NCBI RefSeq assembly: GCF_009914755.1
Contig: NC_060930.1
Source: the human T2T-CHM13v2.0 reference genome, Homo sapiens
Reading direction: 5' to 3' (one strand)
Length of the DNA: 64,000 nt
Shown: piece by piece, positions 1 to 17,347 of the stretch
Numbering within the stretch: the stretch's first letter is position 1
Layout: each line of letters starts with the position of its first letter
The notes under the pieces: generated by a model
Seen by the model: only the letters and a program-made list of their open reading frames with translations
Databases searched by the model: none
Told to the model about the DNA's origin: nothing
Program-made: the position numbers and the translations under genes

Positions 1-2
1 AA

Positions 3-296
<294 letters not shown>

Positions 297-1201
297 TCAA
301 CTGCAGTTGAGCATTTGTGGGGGTGGGGGCGGGGTTGGGGTGAGGGGTTGGAGACAAGCCCAGGCTGGTCTTGAACTCCTCGCCTCATGTGATCCTCCCT
401 CCTCAGCCTCACCCAAGTGCTGGGATTATAGGTGTAAACCACCGTGCCCAGCAGGACAGTCAAGAAAATTGAAACTGGAAAGTACCTTGGCCTTTTACCC
501 CAAATCTACACAATTTTACACAGTGGCAGTGCTTTTTCCTCTAACGCTATAATAGAATTCTGCAGGAGAATTCTTTCAGGGAGTTCACCTTTTGTTTTAT
601 TAGAGAGCTAAGTAACCTTGGGAGGTTGGGCTGACTTTGGAAGCTTCTGGAAATAAATGGGGGTTTAACAGATATTAACTTCATCCCGCCTTACAGATAA
701 ATGCCATTTTACTTTGAAAAGCAGTAGGTGGGGGTAGGGGGCGAGAAATAGAAAATTCCATCAGTTTGGTGAAAGCTTTTAGAGGATAACGTACTCTGTT
801 CCATGAAAGAATCAGAAATGTGAGCAATGCAGGGAGAAGTAAGGTAAATCCAGACAAGCAGGATGGATTCCAGATGAGAAACCATATCTTCCATAGTGAA
901 TTTTGAAATGAATTTAAAATCTCCTATTATATAATCTGCAGTTTACTTTGTTTTCTTGTTGGAGAAAGTGGTTTTTGGAGTCCAAGTATGCAGAGGGCAC
1001 CTAGGATTCCAGAGTTAATGGGACTGAAGAGAAAAAAGCGTAACCTGACCCAGATTCTGCTGCTCACCGCTCCAAAGCCAAATGCTAGAGGGGAGGTTTG
1101 GTGGGAGGAAAAGCTGCTTTTAATCCGAAAGCCAGCAAACTGAGAAGATGGAACACTAGTGTTCTAAAGTACCACCTTAAAATTTAAAATTTACCATACG
1201 G

Positions 1202-1873
<672 letters not shown>

Positions 1874-2617
1874 AGCAATATTTCTTCTGTAAAAGAAAAG
1901 AATAAGTGTTCCACATGGAAAGAACCCAAGATATATTAAGTGAAAAATGTCATAGCATGACTACATTTCTGTTAAAAAAAAAAAAACAAAATGTTATATA
2001 TATATGCGAATGCAGAGAAAAAAGAAATGTAAAAAATACAATAAATTTTTCACGGTGATTACATTTGCGAGAGGAACGTACAGCTTTCATATTTCATTCA
2101 ATGGTTAAAATGGTACTCAATTTTGACTGACAAAACGGTAATGATCAGATGCCAAAACGAGTGTGAATGTGCATAATTTACGAAAGACATTTTTGAGAAC
2201 TGGTTACATGAGTTTTGAAAATAGGAGAGCAGAGGACCTGTGTAAGATTTTTAAAGAGACTGCACTGTCACGAGCCACAGGGTTGTGAGATTGGTAGGAA
2301 AGTGCTCCAGGAAATATCTAGGGGAGGGCTTGGATCTGAGACACAGAGTGTGAGCCTGGTCGAGAAGCGGGAAAAGAACCCGCCCGGAGCCCCTTCTCTC
2401 CATTCCCTCGGCGAGGCAGGAAGCTATCTGCGTTCCGAATCCCGCGACATCAGGATTATCTCGCACTGCAGCACAGAGACCAATCACTAGTAACCTCTGA
2501 CTTTAATTAGGCGTTTTTTGGCCCAAATCTCGCGGCTTCGTAAAAATATCGCGATGCTTCCGCTTTTAATGTTTTTAGTTTGGACAAGCCCTTTGAGATA
2601 AATTTAAAAGCCAATTC

Positions 2618-2913
2618 TTTTTTTTTTTTTTTTTTTGAGACGGAGTGTCGCTCTGTCCCCAGGCTGGAGTGCAGTGGCGCGATCTTGGCTCACTGCACGC
2701 TCCGCCTCCCGGGTTCACGCCATTCTCCTGCCTCATTCCCGAGTAGCTGGGACTACAGGCGCCCGCCACCACGCCCAGCTATTTTTTTTGTATTTTTAGT
2801 AGAGACGAGGTTTCACCGTGTTAGCCAGAATGGTCTCGATCTCCTGACCTCGTGATCCACCCGTCTCGGCCTCCCAAAGTGCTAGGATTACAGGCGTGAG
2901 CCACCGCGCCCGG
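2618..2913 (-). mobile_element. AluY-like
   Basis: Full dimer, CpG-rich, TSD TAAAAGCC(A/G)ATTCTT. Confidence 0.92.
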
Positions 2914-3014
2914 TACCTAAAAGCCGATTCTTAAAAATATACGTTGGTAATTGTTTATGCCTACTGCTGAGATCAGGATATCTCTAAAGTAAGGAGAGGA
3001 AAAAGAAAAGTATG

Positions 3015-3120
3015 TGTCAGAAGTGGGATTCGAACCCACGCCTCCATTGGAGACCAGAATCCCCACCGCGGAGGAAGCTTAGCTTGAGTCTGGCGCCTTA
3101 GACCACTCGGCCATCCTGAC
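3015..3120 (-). tRNA. tRNA-Leu(CAA), 23-nt intron at 3060-3082
   Basis: GTCAGGATGGCCGAGTGGTCTAAGGCGCCAGACTCAAG[intron]TTCTGG...GGTTCGAATCCCACTTCTGACA. A and B boxes intact; T-run terminator a few nt downstream. Confidence 0.98.
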
Positions 3121-3205
3121 ACACTGCATAACAGCCCTGATTTTTGCACTAAAATAGAGATCAACAAGCAATGATTCTGTGTCGTGCACGCACGCAGAAA
3201 CGCGA

Positions 3206-3228
3206 TGACGTCAGGGTTGCTTGGTAAC
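3206..3228. promoter_or_regulatory. Composite CRE + RFX X-box
   Basis: Perfect palindromic CRE TGACGTCA at 3206-3213, followed 2 nt later by GTTGCTTGGTAAC at 3216-3228. Confidence 0.65.
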
Positions 3229-3319
3229 AGAAGGGCAGAAAGCCACTTGTGGATTGAAAAAGCAAAAGGGTTCGCAGGACTAGAAAATGTTTCTGCATAA
3301 AACTGGATCAAGTCTCTTA

Positions 3320-4112
3320 CGGGCCTTATAACTGTTATCGCCATCTCGAAAAACGTGTGCGGGTTTTTTTTTTTTTTTTTTGCTCCCAGCCTGCCCAGAT
3401 TTCAGGAAGGAAAGAAGATCTTTTGCTTCTTCGGTCGCTGGGTCGGCTCTCCAGTGTCTGATGTTTACTGAAATCTTGATCGTGGTTAGCCTCCCCCAGG
3501 ACTTCATTGTTTGGAAGATGGTGAGGAACAAAACAAAACCCTAACAAAAGACCCCGGTTCTATAGGAAGGTCCCCTTTTAGCCCCTCTATTTTGGTTCCA
3601 TTTGTCACTGCCTTGCCACTCGTCGAAGTTTGTCTTGGGCTCTAAAAGTGGTAGCCGGGAACGGCTGGGAAGGTCTCCACAGGGACCACCACATGGGCAA
3701 GGCTGGTGTCCGCGCCGAGGGATCGGCGATCCCAGGTCCGGGGAAACTCCGGGAGCGACGCGCTCGCCCGCGGCCTTCCTTGTCGCTCTCGGATGTTCCC
3801 GATTAATGGGCTCCAAGTGACCACTGCCAGGTCGGGGAACACAGCGGTAGTTTTTAAGGGGAGTGCACCACATCGCCTGATCCACTTTTCTGTTTCTCAG
3901 CCTTCGCCAAGCAATCTGAGCTCCAGGCCGGGAAGCCCCAAGGTCACAAATTTTAATGGAGCCCTGAAACTAAACAGAAATCATCCCTCCCACTAGAACA
4001 AGAGCCCCTAGAGGCCAGCGACACCGCTAAAATAACATGTGTAGACCAATGCCGTCCAGGTAACAGTGCCTGGCAAACACGGTAGAGGTTCAATAAATAC
4101 ATTTTAACTCAA
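3320..4112 (+). ncRNA. HCG14: Two-exon lncRNA, HCG14-like
   Basis: CpG-rich start, donor G|GTGAGG at 3521, pyrimidine tract + AG ending at 3900, AATAAA 4092-4097. The name is from recalled synteny with TRIM27; ends are approximate. Confidence 0.6.
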
Positions 4113-4900
4113 CCGTCTTAACTCTTGTATTTGGGGCTGTGAGGTTCAGATAGAGGAAATATAAAGTTGGATATTTTAATTAGATTTTGTCCTAATAGCT
4201 TACTTTTTGTATTTGTTAATATAAAAAAAATTTCCTTTTTGTAAGGCAAAGTTAGGTCTCTTTTCTGCATGGAGAAATAACTGAGTTTCAGTAGGCTCTA
4301 TCTTAATTTCCACAGACTTCCTTGGTTTCATATCCTATTTTTGATAGAGAGAAAATTAGTAGTGAGAAGTACAGTGAACACTGGTTCCCCAGTCTCCCTC
4401 CAATACATGAGATTTGTATATTTTCTTTCGATTGGAAGGAAATTGTCCAGGAAGTGATTCCCAACATGGCAACTGTAATCTTACCCTAACTATAATTATT
4501 TTTTTCTAATTGCAAAGTACACACAAATTGTAGAACATACAAACATGTCAAAAATTAAAATCATCCATAATCTCACTAGTCAGAGGTAACTATTAACATT
4601 TTTATATATTTAGTCTTTCATATGGTATACATTTTTTCCAAAAATGGTCATGTGTAGTAAATAATTTGCTAACTTGCTTTCTAAATGAATATATTATGAA
4701 TATATACTTGCTAAGTACTATATTTTGTATAAATCTTAATTCCTGCACATATTCCATATCAAAGTGGTATTCTTGAAAACTGGATTATTTCTAATTTTTT
4801 ATTTTCATCAGCAATGCTGTAAAAACTATCCTTACATAAATATTTTCAAACATCCACGATTATTTCCTTAAATTTCTAAAAGTGAAACCATTACATCAAA

Positions 4901-6588
<1,688 letters not shown>

Positions 6589-9280
6589 TGATTTTATGTT
6601 TTAAATGGCTTTAAGTCCTTTTTGGAATAAGGTAAAATATAATTAAATATGTCAATATTTTAACTATTTACTAATAATATTTATTGCACAATAAGACTCC
6701 CCACAGGCCATTCTACATTTTTATGAAAACATCTGTAAGAGGAATTTTAAAAGGCCTGACAAATTATTTGAAGAGGGAAGCAGAGGGACTAAAAAGGAAA
6801 GAAGCTAACAATGGTGGTCTATGAAAATGAAATAAACAAAACAAAAAAACAGGATTTAATTTCCAACCTTGAAATGAGTCCCTTGACTGTTTTGTTTGAG
6901 GTTCATATAACTTGGTTTTCTGGTATGTCCAGGATTACGTGAGAGTAACAGAGATTGGGGTGGAAATTGAGATGATGCTGTATTCAAATGAGACTGACCA
7001 TAAATTGGTAGTTGAAGTTGGGAGATGATATAGGAGGGTTCGCTGTGTATTTTCTTCATTTTTGTATATGGTTACAGGTTTCCATAGTGAAGAGTTCATT
7101 CAATACAGAAAAAAAAAAAATCACCAAGTCTCATCAAAAGCATCTATGCTAATATTTTGGCATATTTCTTCCCAGTTTTTAAAGAAATATGTAGGTTCAA
7201 ATCTTTCTAATTCTCACTTTTTTCTATTATTCTTTTTGTGCATCAGAACCCTAAAATGGGTTTGGCAATCACATCCCATACAAATCCAAGTTCTTCACAT
7301 CCTCTAAACAAAGAATCTGGTAGAGATGTGTGTATCTCTAAAGGTTACCTTCAAATGTCCTGCTTACATTTCAAACTTCAAATGCAAAATTAATTCAACA
7401 GATAAGCCAGATCTAAGAAATGTATCTTTTCTCCAACGGGAAAAAGGAAATGTAATGGGGCAATACTGTCAAATGGAAGTACTATTTGGCCTGGCATGGT
7501 GGCCCATGCCTGTAATCCCAACACTTTGGGAGGTTGAGGAGGAAGAATCCCTTGAGCCCAGGAGTTCGAGCCTGCAGTGAGTAATAATCTTGCCACTGCA
7601 TTCCAGCCTTGGTGACAAAGTGAGACCCTTTCTCTAACGCTGGTTTGGTTGGGATTTATTATTACTCTCACAGACTTCATATAGGAGGAATTTCTGGTTT
7701 CAACAAAGTGCAGGATTTAGTAATGTGCTTATATCATTAAGTCAAAATTTAGTGCAGGACGGAGCTAGTGGGCAAGTCTCTTAGTCTCAAGAAAAAGGGC
7801 ACTAAGAAACATAGCCCAGGCATTTAGGCTTCCTCTTACATTACTGTGGTCTGCAATGAGGTCTCCTGGAGCACAAGTTTCACTTCTCCCCAGATCATCT
7901 TTAGTTGTACTCTACATTTTTTCACGTTATTTTCCCCCTCTCCTAATTAACTTTTCAAAGGATAGAAGCCATGCTCTCTTGTATTCTCTTCAGGAGCAAG
8001 TTCAGCTGGGGCACCCAACACTGGTTGAATTGTCTATTTGAATAAAAGAATGTTTTTCATTTGTGAAGAAGCAACTCAACCACCATTGGTATGCTAAGAA
8101 CCTTTTGAGTTTTGTTTTTTATTTTGCTGGGAGGAGATACGTGATTTCCACGTATACTCTTTGGTCTGCATCTCAGGTAACTAAAGGCATTAGCAAATGG
8201 CTCTCATTTACCATCTGACAGTTATTTGCTCTTAATTTCATAGTGCCTTTAAGTGTTAGGCTGTTACATGCATTCTCTCATCTTCTCACTTAATTGTACA
8301 TGGTGGAGGGTATGGGCCATGTTCAGTTTCCCTTTATTCTTTGAACCTATCTCTTCTAGGCCTTGTCTGCTCTTGGGGAAGATGGTCTTCTTTGCATGTT
8401 GGCCTTTATCAGAAAAAACAAGAGCACCTGAAGACACACAGGCATGTGCACATACGTGCATGCACAAACACACACTTCCTGGAACAGCAAAAGAATTAAG
8501 GAAGAAGTTATTGAAACCGTAATGTATAATTAACAATTGCAGATGTTCTGAGGAAAGAGAGGGGAGTCAAAGGAATCGGAGTGGGCCCCATATGTCTTTA
8601 GTGACTCAATTCCTGACTCGGTGAACTCAAAAGTTGCTTACCTTTCTGCAGATGAGTAAACTTAGAATCACAAGTTCATTTAATCCCATTCAAAATGGCA
8701 GGCTTTTAAAACTAAAAATATAAATAAATACCTATAAACACACCACCCACAAGAACTAGAAGATAACCAATAACACATGTTGTGGGGCAGGACCTGATGT
8801 GGTCATGTGTTCCATCTCAGTTTGAATCCTGGCTCTGCTGCTTCCTAGCTGTGTACCTTGGATAAGTCATTTACCCTCTCTGCTGCAGTTTATCTGTAAA
8901 GTAAGACAACAGTACACACTTGATAAAATTATCATGAGCATTAAGGAAGCTACTGTGCATAAAACTCTTCATATGATGTGCCAAGCACTGCTCTATGTTT
9001 GTTAGTAGTATTTATGTGCCTGTATATATATTACCGTATACATTTAGATCTCAGAATATTCAGCAAAAGCTAATCTAGCCTCATGGAAGCTACTTTCTAT
9101 AGCCCTGGTTCTATTATTTCCCTTAAAACCTGATGAATAAATGAAGAATTAGGACATGATATCACCAACTCATGAACCTCAGCCATGGAACCCCAATGCC
9201 TGGCACAATACTACAAAAAGGACTTGAGAAAATACTTTCCTAGTAAAATTACAGGATTAACCAATATAAGAACTGTAGGC

Positions 9281-9597
<317 letters not shown>

Positions 9598-9794
9598 CTA
9601 CTTTCTTAGCACCACTAGAAAGTAGTGACATGGCACTGAGAAAGTGGTTTTATTTTCCAGTTTGAAGTAAACTATTGGCCAGAGTGGGATTTTTGCACCC
9701 ATATGGGAAAGCAACACCATTAACCATTTCCTCCCCACACGCATTCCAACATCTGAACCCAATCCTACCAACACCCAGAAAGCAACAACAATGT

Positions 9795-10861
9795 AAACAT
9801 CCATATTCAGTTTATTTTTAAACAGAGGGGCACGTACCCACAGAGAAGCAGGACTGAGAACCATCATGGGGGCTTGCTTGAAGTGATCTGCCCCAGCCTT
9901 CTGACTTCAGAGTGTCTCATGATCCAATGGCCATGGGGACGGAGCTGCCCCTTGATAGGATGCACTTAAGCATGGTCAATTCCCCCTTCCCCCAAAGGAA
10001 ATGGAGAAAAGGAGCCAAGAAGTCAATGAATCCCTGGAATATTGTCCCAGAATCCTTCCAGGGATGGTATACGACTGGCCACCAGTCCACAAATGTGACT
10101 GGTAAGGGATCTAGTAACAGAGGATGGAGTTGGGCAGAATATTATCCTGGATGATATGCACCCAGCACTAGAATACACCTTTCATTAGAATGAAGAGAAC
10201 AGACAAAGCCCTCAGAAAAGATACAAAGGCAGAGACATTGATTAGAACATTATCTCATAACAGAGGTGGGGCCATTACCCACCATTATTGTAAAATAACT
10301 GTAACTAACCAAAACACATACAGGCTTCTTTAATGGAGTTAATAAAACTATGGCACATTGGGAATCAGGGGCAGAGGTACTGTTCCCAGACGGAAAACTG
10401 GGATAAAGGGAGCCATGCTGACAGGGCCTTATTCCAGTCTAGGTTGTTAGAAAGGAGCCCTAGCCCAGAAATGACAGCAAATAGCCATAATCATTATGTG
10501 GGGCTGAACCAGAGGAAGCCAGGCTGAGCCAAGAAGCTGGAAGTATCTTGAACGGCTCTCCAAATCCAAAGATTATCCATACTCTTTATCCCTCCAGCGA
10601 TGTGTAAAACCAGAAAGTATGAAACACTGGAGGTGGACATCTGGTTTTTATTTCTAGGATATCTTGATACATCTCATTACATTTCACAATCTGCATGGGA
10701 AGGAAAAGGATGGTAGAGAACATGGACATCCTGTCTCCCACTGCAAGGGCGTGGAACATGGTAAGGATACCCAGCTGTGACAGGACGTGGCAAGGCAACA
10801 AGATGCCTTGTGCCTGGCGTAGGATTACAGCCAACAGCCCTTTTGGCCTGAATTCACCTCC
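9795..10861 (-). other. TRIM27: TRIM27 3' UTR with AATAAA poly(A) signal at 9816-9811
   Basis: Repeat-free sequence after the stop. TTTATT on + at 9811-9816, followed on the minus strand by a GT-rich downstream element. The cleavage site is approximate. Confidence 0.8.
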
Positions 10862-11457
10862 TCAAGGGGAGGTCTCCATGGAATGACCATGATTCCCAAC
10901 ATGGCCAGAAAACCCATCTATCCCACTCATGGGGCAGATGATCAGAGGAGCTGCACTTTTCCCTCCCGAGTAACTCAGACTGAAGTAGGGCCGGACAGGC
11001 CCACAAAAGGTAGCATGAGAGAAAGTGAAGGTGTGACACCTCTCTGTCACGTTGTAGAAGGAGACCTCACCAGCATCATAGTCCAAGAAAATCCCCACCC
11101 GCTGGAGCGGGGTCCGCAGGGGTAGGGCAGTCATTGGGGAGGTAAGAGCCCAATATTCTTTCCCATACCACAAAGACACTGCCCAGAATCCATTCTGGGG
11201 GGCTGAGGTTACTCCACCTTTTCTGCACACTGAGTCTTCACAGACACCTATGGTCCACTTGGCTTTATCTCCCACCTCTACCTCCCAATAATGTCTCCCG
11301 GCGATGAAGCATGGAGAGCCCAAGACACAGGGAAACAGATTGAACCTCTCGGGGTTGTCAGGCAGGTCCTGTTGGAGGTAACTGTACCGCACTTGCCGCA
11401 GATTATCAGAGAGGATCAGGCTGGGGTAGGCCGTGTCTGGGTCCAGAGTCACGTCCA
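10862..11457 (-). CDS. TRIM27: TRIM27 coding exon 8 (PRY-SPRY/B30.2)
   Basis: CTGCAG|..[45 protein letters not shown]; 596 nt. Exon total is 1542 nt = 513 aa + stop. Confidence 0.99.
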
Positions 11458-12026
11458 CTGCAGAGACACAAGGAAGACAGTCAGCCGTGGGCCAGGAGAG
11501 CCTATTTTAGAACACCCAGCGCCTTTCTACTACCTCCCCAATAATAAGAGGTTCCCACTGGAGGTTGCACGTATTTTATTTAGAATATATTCTAAACTTC
11601 ACATTTCAAAAATTACTGCTTGGATTAGCTGGTTACCAGAATACACTGAAAATACAGAATTTTAGCCCCGTATCTTTTCTTTCACATCTGAAGCCACAAT
11701 ATCCATCATGAACTGATTTTAAGAGATAGGGTCTTGCTCTGTTGCCTAGGCTGGAGTGCAGTGGTGTGGTCATAGTTCATTGTAACCCCAAACTCCTGGG
11801 CTCAGGTGATTCTCCCGCCTAAGACACCCAAGTAGCTGGGACCATAGGTGTGCACTACCACCCTAATTTTAAAAAATTTTTTGTAGAGATGAGGTCTTAC
11901 TATGTTGCTCAGGATGGTCTCGAACTCTTGGCCTCAAGCAATCCTCCCACCTCAACTTCCCAAAGCAATGGGATTTCAGGCATGAGCCACTGTGCCTGGC
12001 AGATACGCTGAATTGAGGTTTTCTTA

Positions 12027-12303
12027 CACGCTCATCATCCCTTATTCTGAAAATTCCAGGGGCCCCAAGTTTCACAGAATTCAGAATATTACAGGTTTTA
12101 GACAGGCAGCATTCTATAATGAAGTATTAATAGATCTGCTGTGAGATTCATGAATGTTTACATAATGAAGGATAAAGGCTCTAAACAGTACCACATAAAT
12201 TCAGGTTTTGATGCTATAATTAATTTCCCACAAAATAATGAAAAAGGTTTTGGCTTTCAGAGATTTGGGATTTTAGAACTGTGGGTAAGGGACTGGGAAC
12301 CTG
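12027..12303. mobile_element. TcMar-Tigger MITE (MER46C-like)
   Basis: TA flanks and degenerate inverted termini CACGCTCATCATCCCTTATTC / GGTAAGGGACTGGGAACCTG. Confidence 0.55.
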
Positions 12304-14027
12304 TATCAGTATGCTTACTTTTTAAATCACTCTTTTAAAATTATTTTTTACTTTTTTTTATTTTTTGAGATGAGGTCTCACTCTGTCACCCAGACTGTAG
12401 TACAGTGGCATAATCATGGCTCACTGCAGACTTCCCATTTCAGCCTTCCAAAGTGTTAGGACTACAGGTGTGAGCCACTACACCCAGCCCAAATCACTCT
12501 TTTATCCATTCTATAAGATCTTTACTCTGCACATCGAAGCTCTATTCATCTTCTTCTAATGTCCAGTCCAAAACACACATCCTCCAAGTTTTTCTTAATC
12601 TGCCCAGGCCATTACACTTACTGTTCTGAAATCTAAAACTGTGTATGACCCATGTCATCTCCTCTGGCATTTAGTATTACAGCATCTTGCTATCATCAAG
12701 TGTTTTCCTGCTTCAAAAACACTGATAATGGGCTGGATATGTGGCTCATGCCTGTAATCTCAGCACTTTGGGAAGCTGAGGCAAGAGGATTGCTTGCATA
12801 CAGGAGTTTGAGACCCTGTCTCTACAAAAAATAAAAGTAAAAAAATTAGGCAAGCATGGTGGTGCATGCCTGTAATTCCAGCTACTCAGGAGGCTGAGGC
12901 AGGAGGATCACTTGAGCCCAGGAGTATGAGGCTGCAGCAAGCTATCACCATGCCACTGCACACCAGCCTGGGCAACAGAGAACCTGCCTCTAAAATGAAT
13001 AATAAAAAATTTAAAAAATTAAAATAATAAATAAATAAATAAAAATACTGATATGTATTCTCTCATTTGCTCCTCACATCTTGTTCAGGAGGAAGAGTCC
13101 CAAACATTACCTCTCAGAAATTTAAGCCCACAAATTTTTACTCCCACAAAAGACAGGCAACTGATAGAGGTAACCAAGAACCCCAGAACCCTTGGCTCCT
13201 GGTTCAACAATCTGTCTACAACAGCTGCCTACCTTCTTCTTGTGTCATGGGTATACCTCCAACCAGACAATGTAAACCCCAAGAGTAGGATGACTTATGC
13301 TCTTCTGTTCCTCTAAAATACCCTGCACAATGTTAGGCAGTGTAGGATACAAGCAAAGTACTCATTTAATACTTGTTGAAAATAAATATGGATCAGAGCC
13401 ACTGCACACCAAGGACTGCAGATCCACTGTATGTAGAGTCCTTCTCTTCATTTAGAGGATAATTCATAACAGAAGGTGACTGTGACTATGGGACGAATAC
13501 ACCTTAGATTTGAATACTTCTGCAATGTTAAATTTACCCAGGCTCTATAGTAGGGTGAAAGCGGTTGTGAGGGGGAAGGGAAGTTTCAAACTTTGCTCTG
13601 AGGCACAGTGATGGGATGACACAAGACTCCTAGACTTCCTCTAGCACTCAAGAGCACTATTGTGGAGCTCAATCAGTCCTGCTTGTCACAAACCATGGTT
13701 TGACCCTGAAGCTGGGCGGGCAGAGCAGTGTACTAGTGTACCAGCTCTGTTCTACTTTTGGGGAACTGCGGTTTCCACCCTATAATCCTTCTTTAACACC
13801 TGAGATTGATTTTACCCTATGGCTTCAGCTCTGAGACATTTCAGGAGGCAAAGATACTGTTAACACATAGAAACAACTGAGGATTTTTGTGGTTGTTGTG
13901 TATCATCTTTATACATGTAACCAAAAGAATCCAAATCTAAGCAATTTCCAAATCATTCATAATAGTAGTTAGGTTCACAAGGATTTTTACTCCTTACCCT
14001 AATATGGTTTTGTCTCTCATCACCTAC

Positions 14028-14054
14028 CTGAGTATAACTGAGCCTCTCTTAATT
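14028..14054 (-). CDS. TRIM27: TRIM27 coding exon 7
   Basis: TTCAG|AATTAAGAGAGGCTCAGTTATACTCAG|GTAGG = (E)LREAQLYS; 27 nt. Confidence 0.94.
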
Positions 14055-15595
14055 CTGAAAGAATAAAAGAGCAAAGTTATGGAAGTCATGAGGGTTTCCA
14101 GGAAATACATAACTAAGGGGGCTTTGGTTAGTCATCATAAAGCAGTGGTCTCCACCAGAAACCCCAGAACCTCTGTTGTTAGTCATGCACTAATTTTTTC
14201 ATATGATGTATGGCTCTATCATCCAACCAAAAGCTTTAAGGGGAGAGGGATTGGGAATCTTAAGTACAGGGATAACCACATGCCTGAGACTGGTAGAATA
14301 TGGGATAAAACTGAGCCAAGATCAAGAATTCCACCTTCCAGTGAGTCAGCTGATTCTGCAGAGGGAAACGCGGTTCCAACCCCACGTCATACATAACTTT
14401 TGAGTTGCATAAGTCATCTGTGTACAAGAGCTGAATGGCTCAAGTGACACTCACTGACACTCTGGGGTAAACATGACCATTCATTTATAAGGCACTTTAT
14501 AGTTGAAACAGAATTTTTCACACATTATCCCACTAAGACTTTTAAGTGGCAAGAAAAGAAGAGCCAGATCAAGGAAAGTCATGCCTGAACTAACCACTTC
14601 TGGTATTATCCACTGTATTGAGTGGAGTTTCTCCCCATTTGTCTTGCTTGTAGAGGACATGTATCTGCTAGCTCTATGTTGCTAGATGCCCCAAAAAGTA
14701 TATATCTGAATAGATGCAATGCATATATGAACCCAGCATATACAAAATAGAAAATTATCAAAGATTGTGGGGGTTTGTAATTTCTAATAATTAAGAGAAG
14801 GGTTTACCTACATATAAGGATTTCAGAATCCACCAGACTGCCCAGGAATTTTAGTATTCCTGGGTGGAATAATATATGGCCAACTCTTTACTGAATGTGG
14901 CTCGTGAGCAGAAAAATTTTAATTTGGAAAAGCTTCTCCAAATGCCTAGAACGATTTAATAAACATAAATATAGGACTTATTATGTGTCAGGTTCTATTC
15001 TAGAAGTGTTAGAAATGGTAACTAACCTTAATTCTTATACCTCAGGAGGTAAGAACTATTACTGTTCTGTTACAGATGAGGAAATTACTTGTTGAATCCT
15101 TACTAAGTGGTAGAGGCAGGCCCAGAACCCAGGCAGCCTGACTCCTGACTGCCCGCTCCTAACCATGTCCCTGGCGGTGCTGCCTGTCAGTGCTGCTGGA
15201 TTCCTCCAGCCCGAGCTGGCACCTGTGCCCACAAGCAGTAGGAACTCAGTAAATTACAATGATAAACACTGGCTCAAGTGAAACGTATCCAAGGTAGTTT
15301 TTGTTCATTCTTTCCGAAGTAAACAATCAAATTAATTCTGGATTAATTTTTGGATTGCTTATTTTTCTCCTCCATCAATGCAGACTGCGAATTGACTAAA
15401 TACAGTTAACAAACTTCAAATTAGAACAAGAAGCTGTTAATTGAGAAAATTAATTAAGACCAAAGGGAAGATGTAAAATATCAGGGAAGGCTGGCCAATG
15501 GGTATCACCCTTATCCCACGTTTCCCACTTTCAGTGCAGATGTTCTTTTTTCCAAGCAACTTTACATCAAAAGCCCAGTAGGTAGATAAATTTAC

Positions 15596-15628
15596 CTTGG
15601 ATTTTCTCCATATCTGACTGCATTTTTT
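15596..15628 (-). CDS. TRIM27: TRIM27 coding exon 6
   Basis: TTAG|..KMQSDMEKIQ..|GTAAA; 33 nt, frame maintained. Confidence 0.94.
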
Positions 15629-15760
15629 CTAAGAAAAGAAAACAAGAAAATATTCAGTCTGCATCCCACTATCTGGCTGGAAAATTATCCTCTTCATCAG
15701 GCAATATGCAGATACTCAGTATAAATCCATTTCCCCTCATGACACCTCTCCTCACATTAC

Positions 15761-15876
15761 CTGTGAACTGCTTTAGACTCTCCGTCAAGAATAGACATTT
15801 TTGGGCAAAAATGTGGATTTTCTCTTGCAAATCTGGAGGTGTGATCCAAGGTTCAGGAATCCTGATTCTTTCAGCC
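15761..15876 (-). CDS. TRIM27: TRIM27 coding exon 5
   Basis: TTTAG|..[38 protein letters not shown]..|GTAATG; 116 nt. Confidence 0.96.
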
Positions 15877-15899
15877 CTAAATTTAAAAAACATGAGTAA

Positions 15900-16198
<299 letters not shown>

Positions 16199-17005
16199 TA
16201 AATTCTTTTTCCCAATTCCATGACCTTCCAGGAACTAGGACAGGGGCTAAGTTAAACTGTCTAGCGTACACGGACAGTCTTTAAAATCAGCCACTACAGC
16301 TTTTCCCACCTTCTCTTCCTGAGCTATGATCCTCTAGACCAAAATAGGATACTGTACTCATTCTCATACCCCCCAAAGCACCTAGCTCACAGCTTTTCAA
16401 ATACTAAGTACTCAAAAAGGTTTACTGAATTACATATGAGGCTGACTTTGCCAGAAAGCACTAGATTCCATGACAGTCCTTGATATTTATGGTGGGCAAT
16501 TAACCCGAATTCTCAGGTTCCCAAATATGGAAAGAATGACATGTTCAGATAGAAAGGCACTGTGGGGGACATTACCCAATTCCCTAGCCCTGCAAGGATG
16601 TCTATAGCAAAGACTGCCAGTTGCCTATCCAATACCCCTTCTGCCATCTTCTGCCTTTTATGGCTCACAGCTGCCCAGTCCCTCATAGCTAGATGTGACC
16701 TTGTGACTAAGTTCTGGCCTATGAGAAGTAAGACGTATCTCATGGTGTTTTGAGAAATCTACTTAAAAATGTAACATGACCGGGAACAGTGGCTCATGCC
16801 TGCAATCCCAACACTTTTGGAGGCCAAGGTGGGATAATTACTTTGAGGCTAGGAGTTCAAGACCAGCCTGGGCAACATGGTAAGACCCTGCCTCTACAAA
16901 AAAGAAAAATGAAAAAAAAAAAAAAACGAAGAAAAAAAGGTAATGTGATGCGACTTATCTCCTTCTTCTTGGTTGGCATTCTACCAGCTATTGTGGACTA
17001 TATGA

Positions 17006-17347
<342 letters not shown>

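Noticed and set aside
2380-2570. CpG-rich patch examined as a possible tRNA pseudogene
   Set aside because: No A/B boxes or cloverleaf could be built.
8630-8660. Strong minus-strand donor AAG|GTAAGC downstream of the TRIM27 poly(A) site
   Set aside because: No matching acceptor or ORF found; isolated motifs like this are expected by chance.
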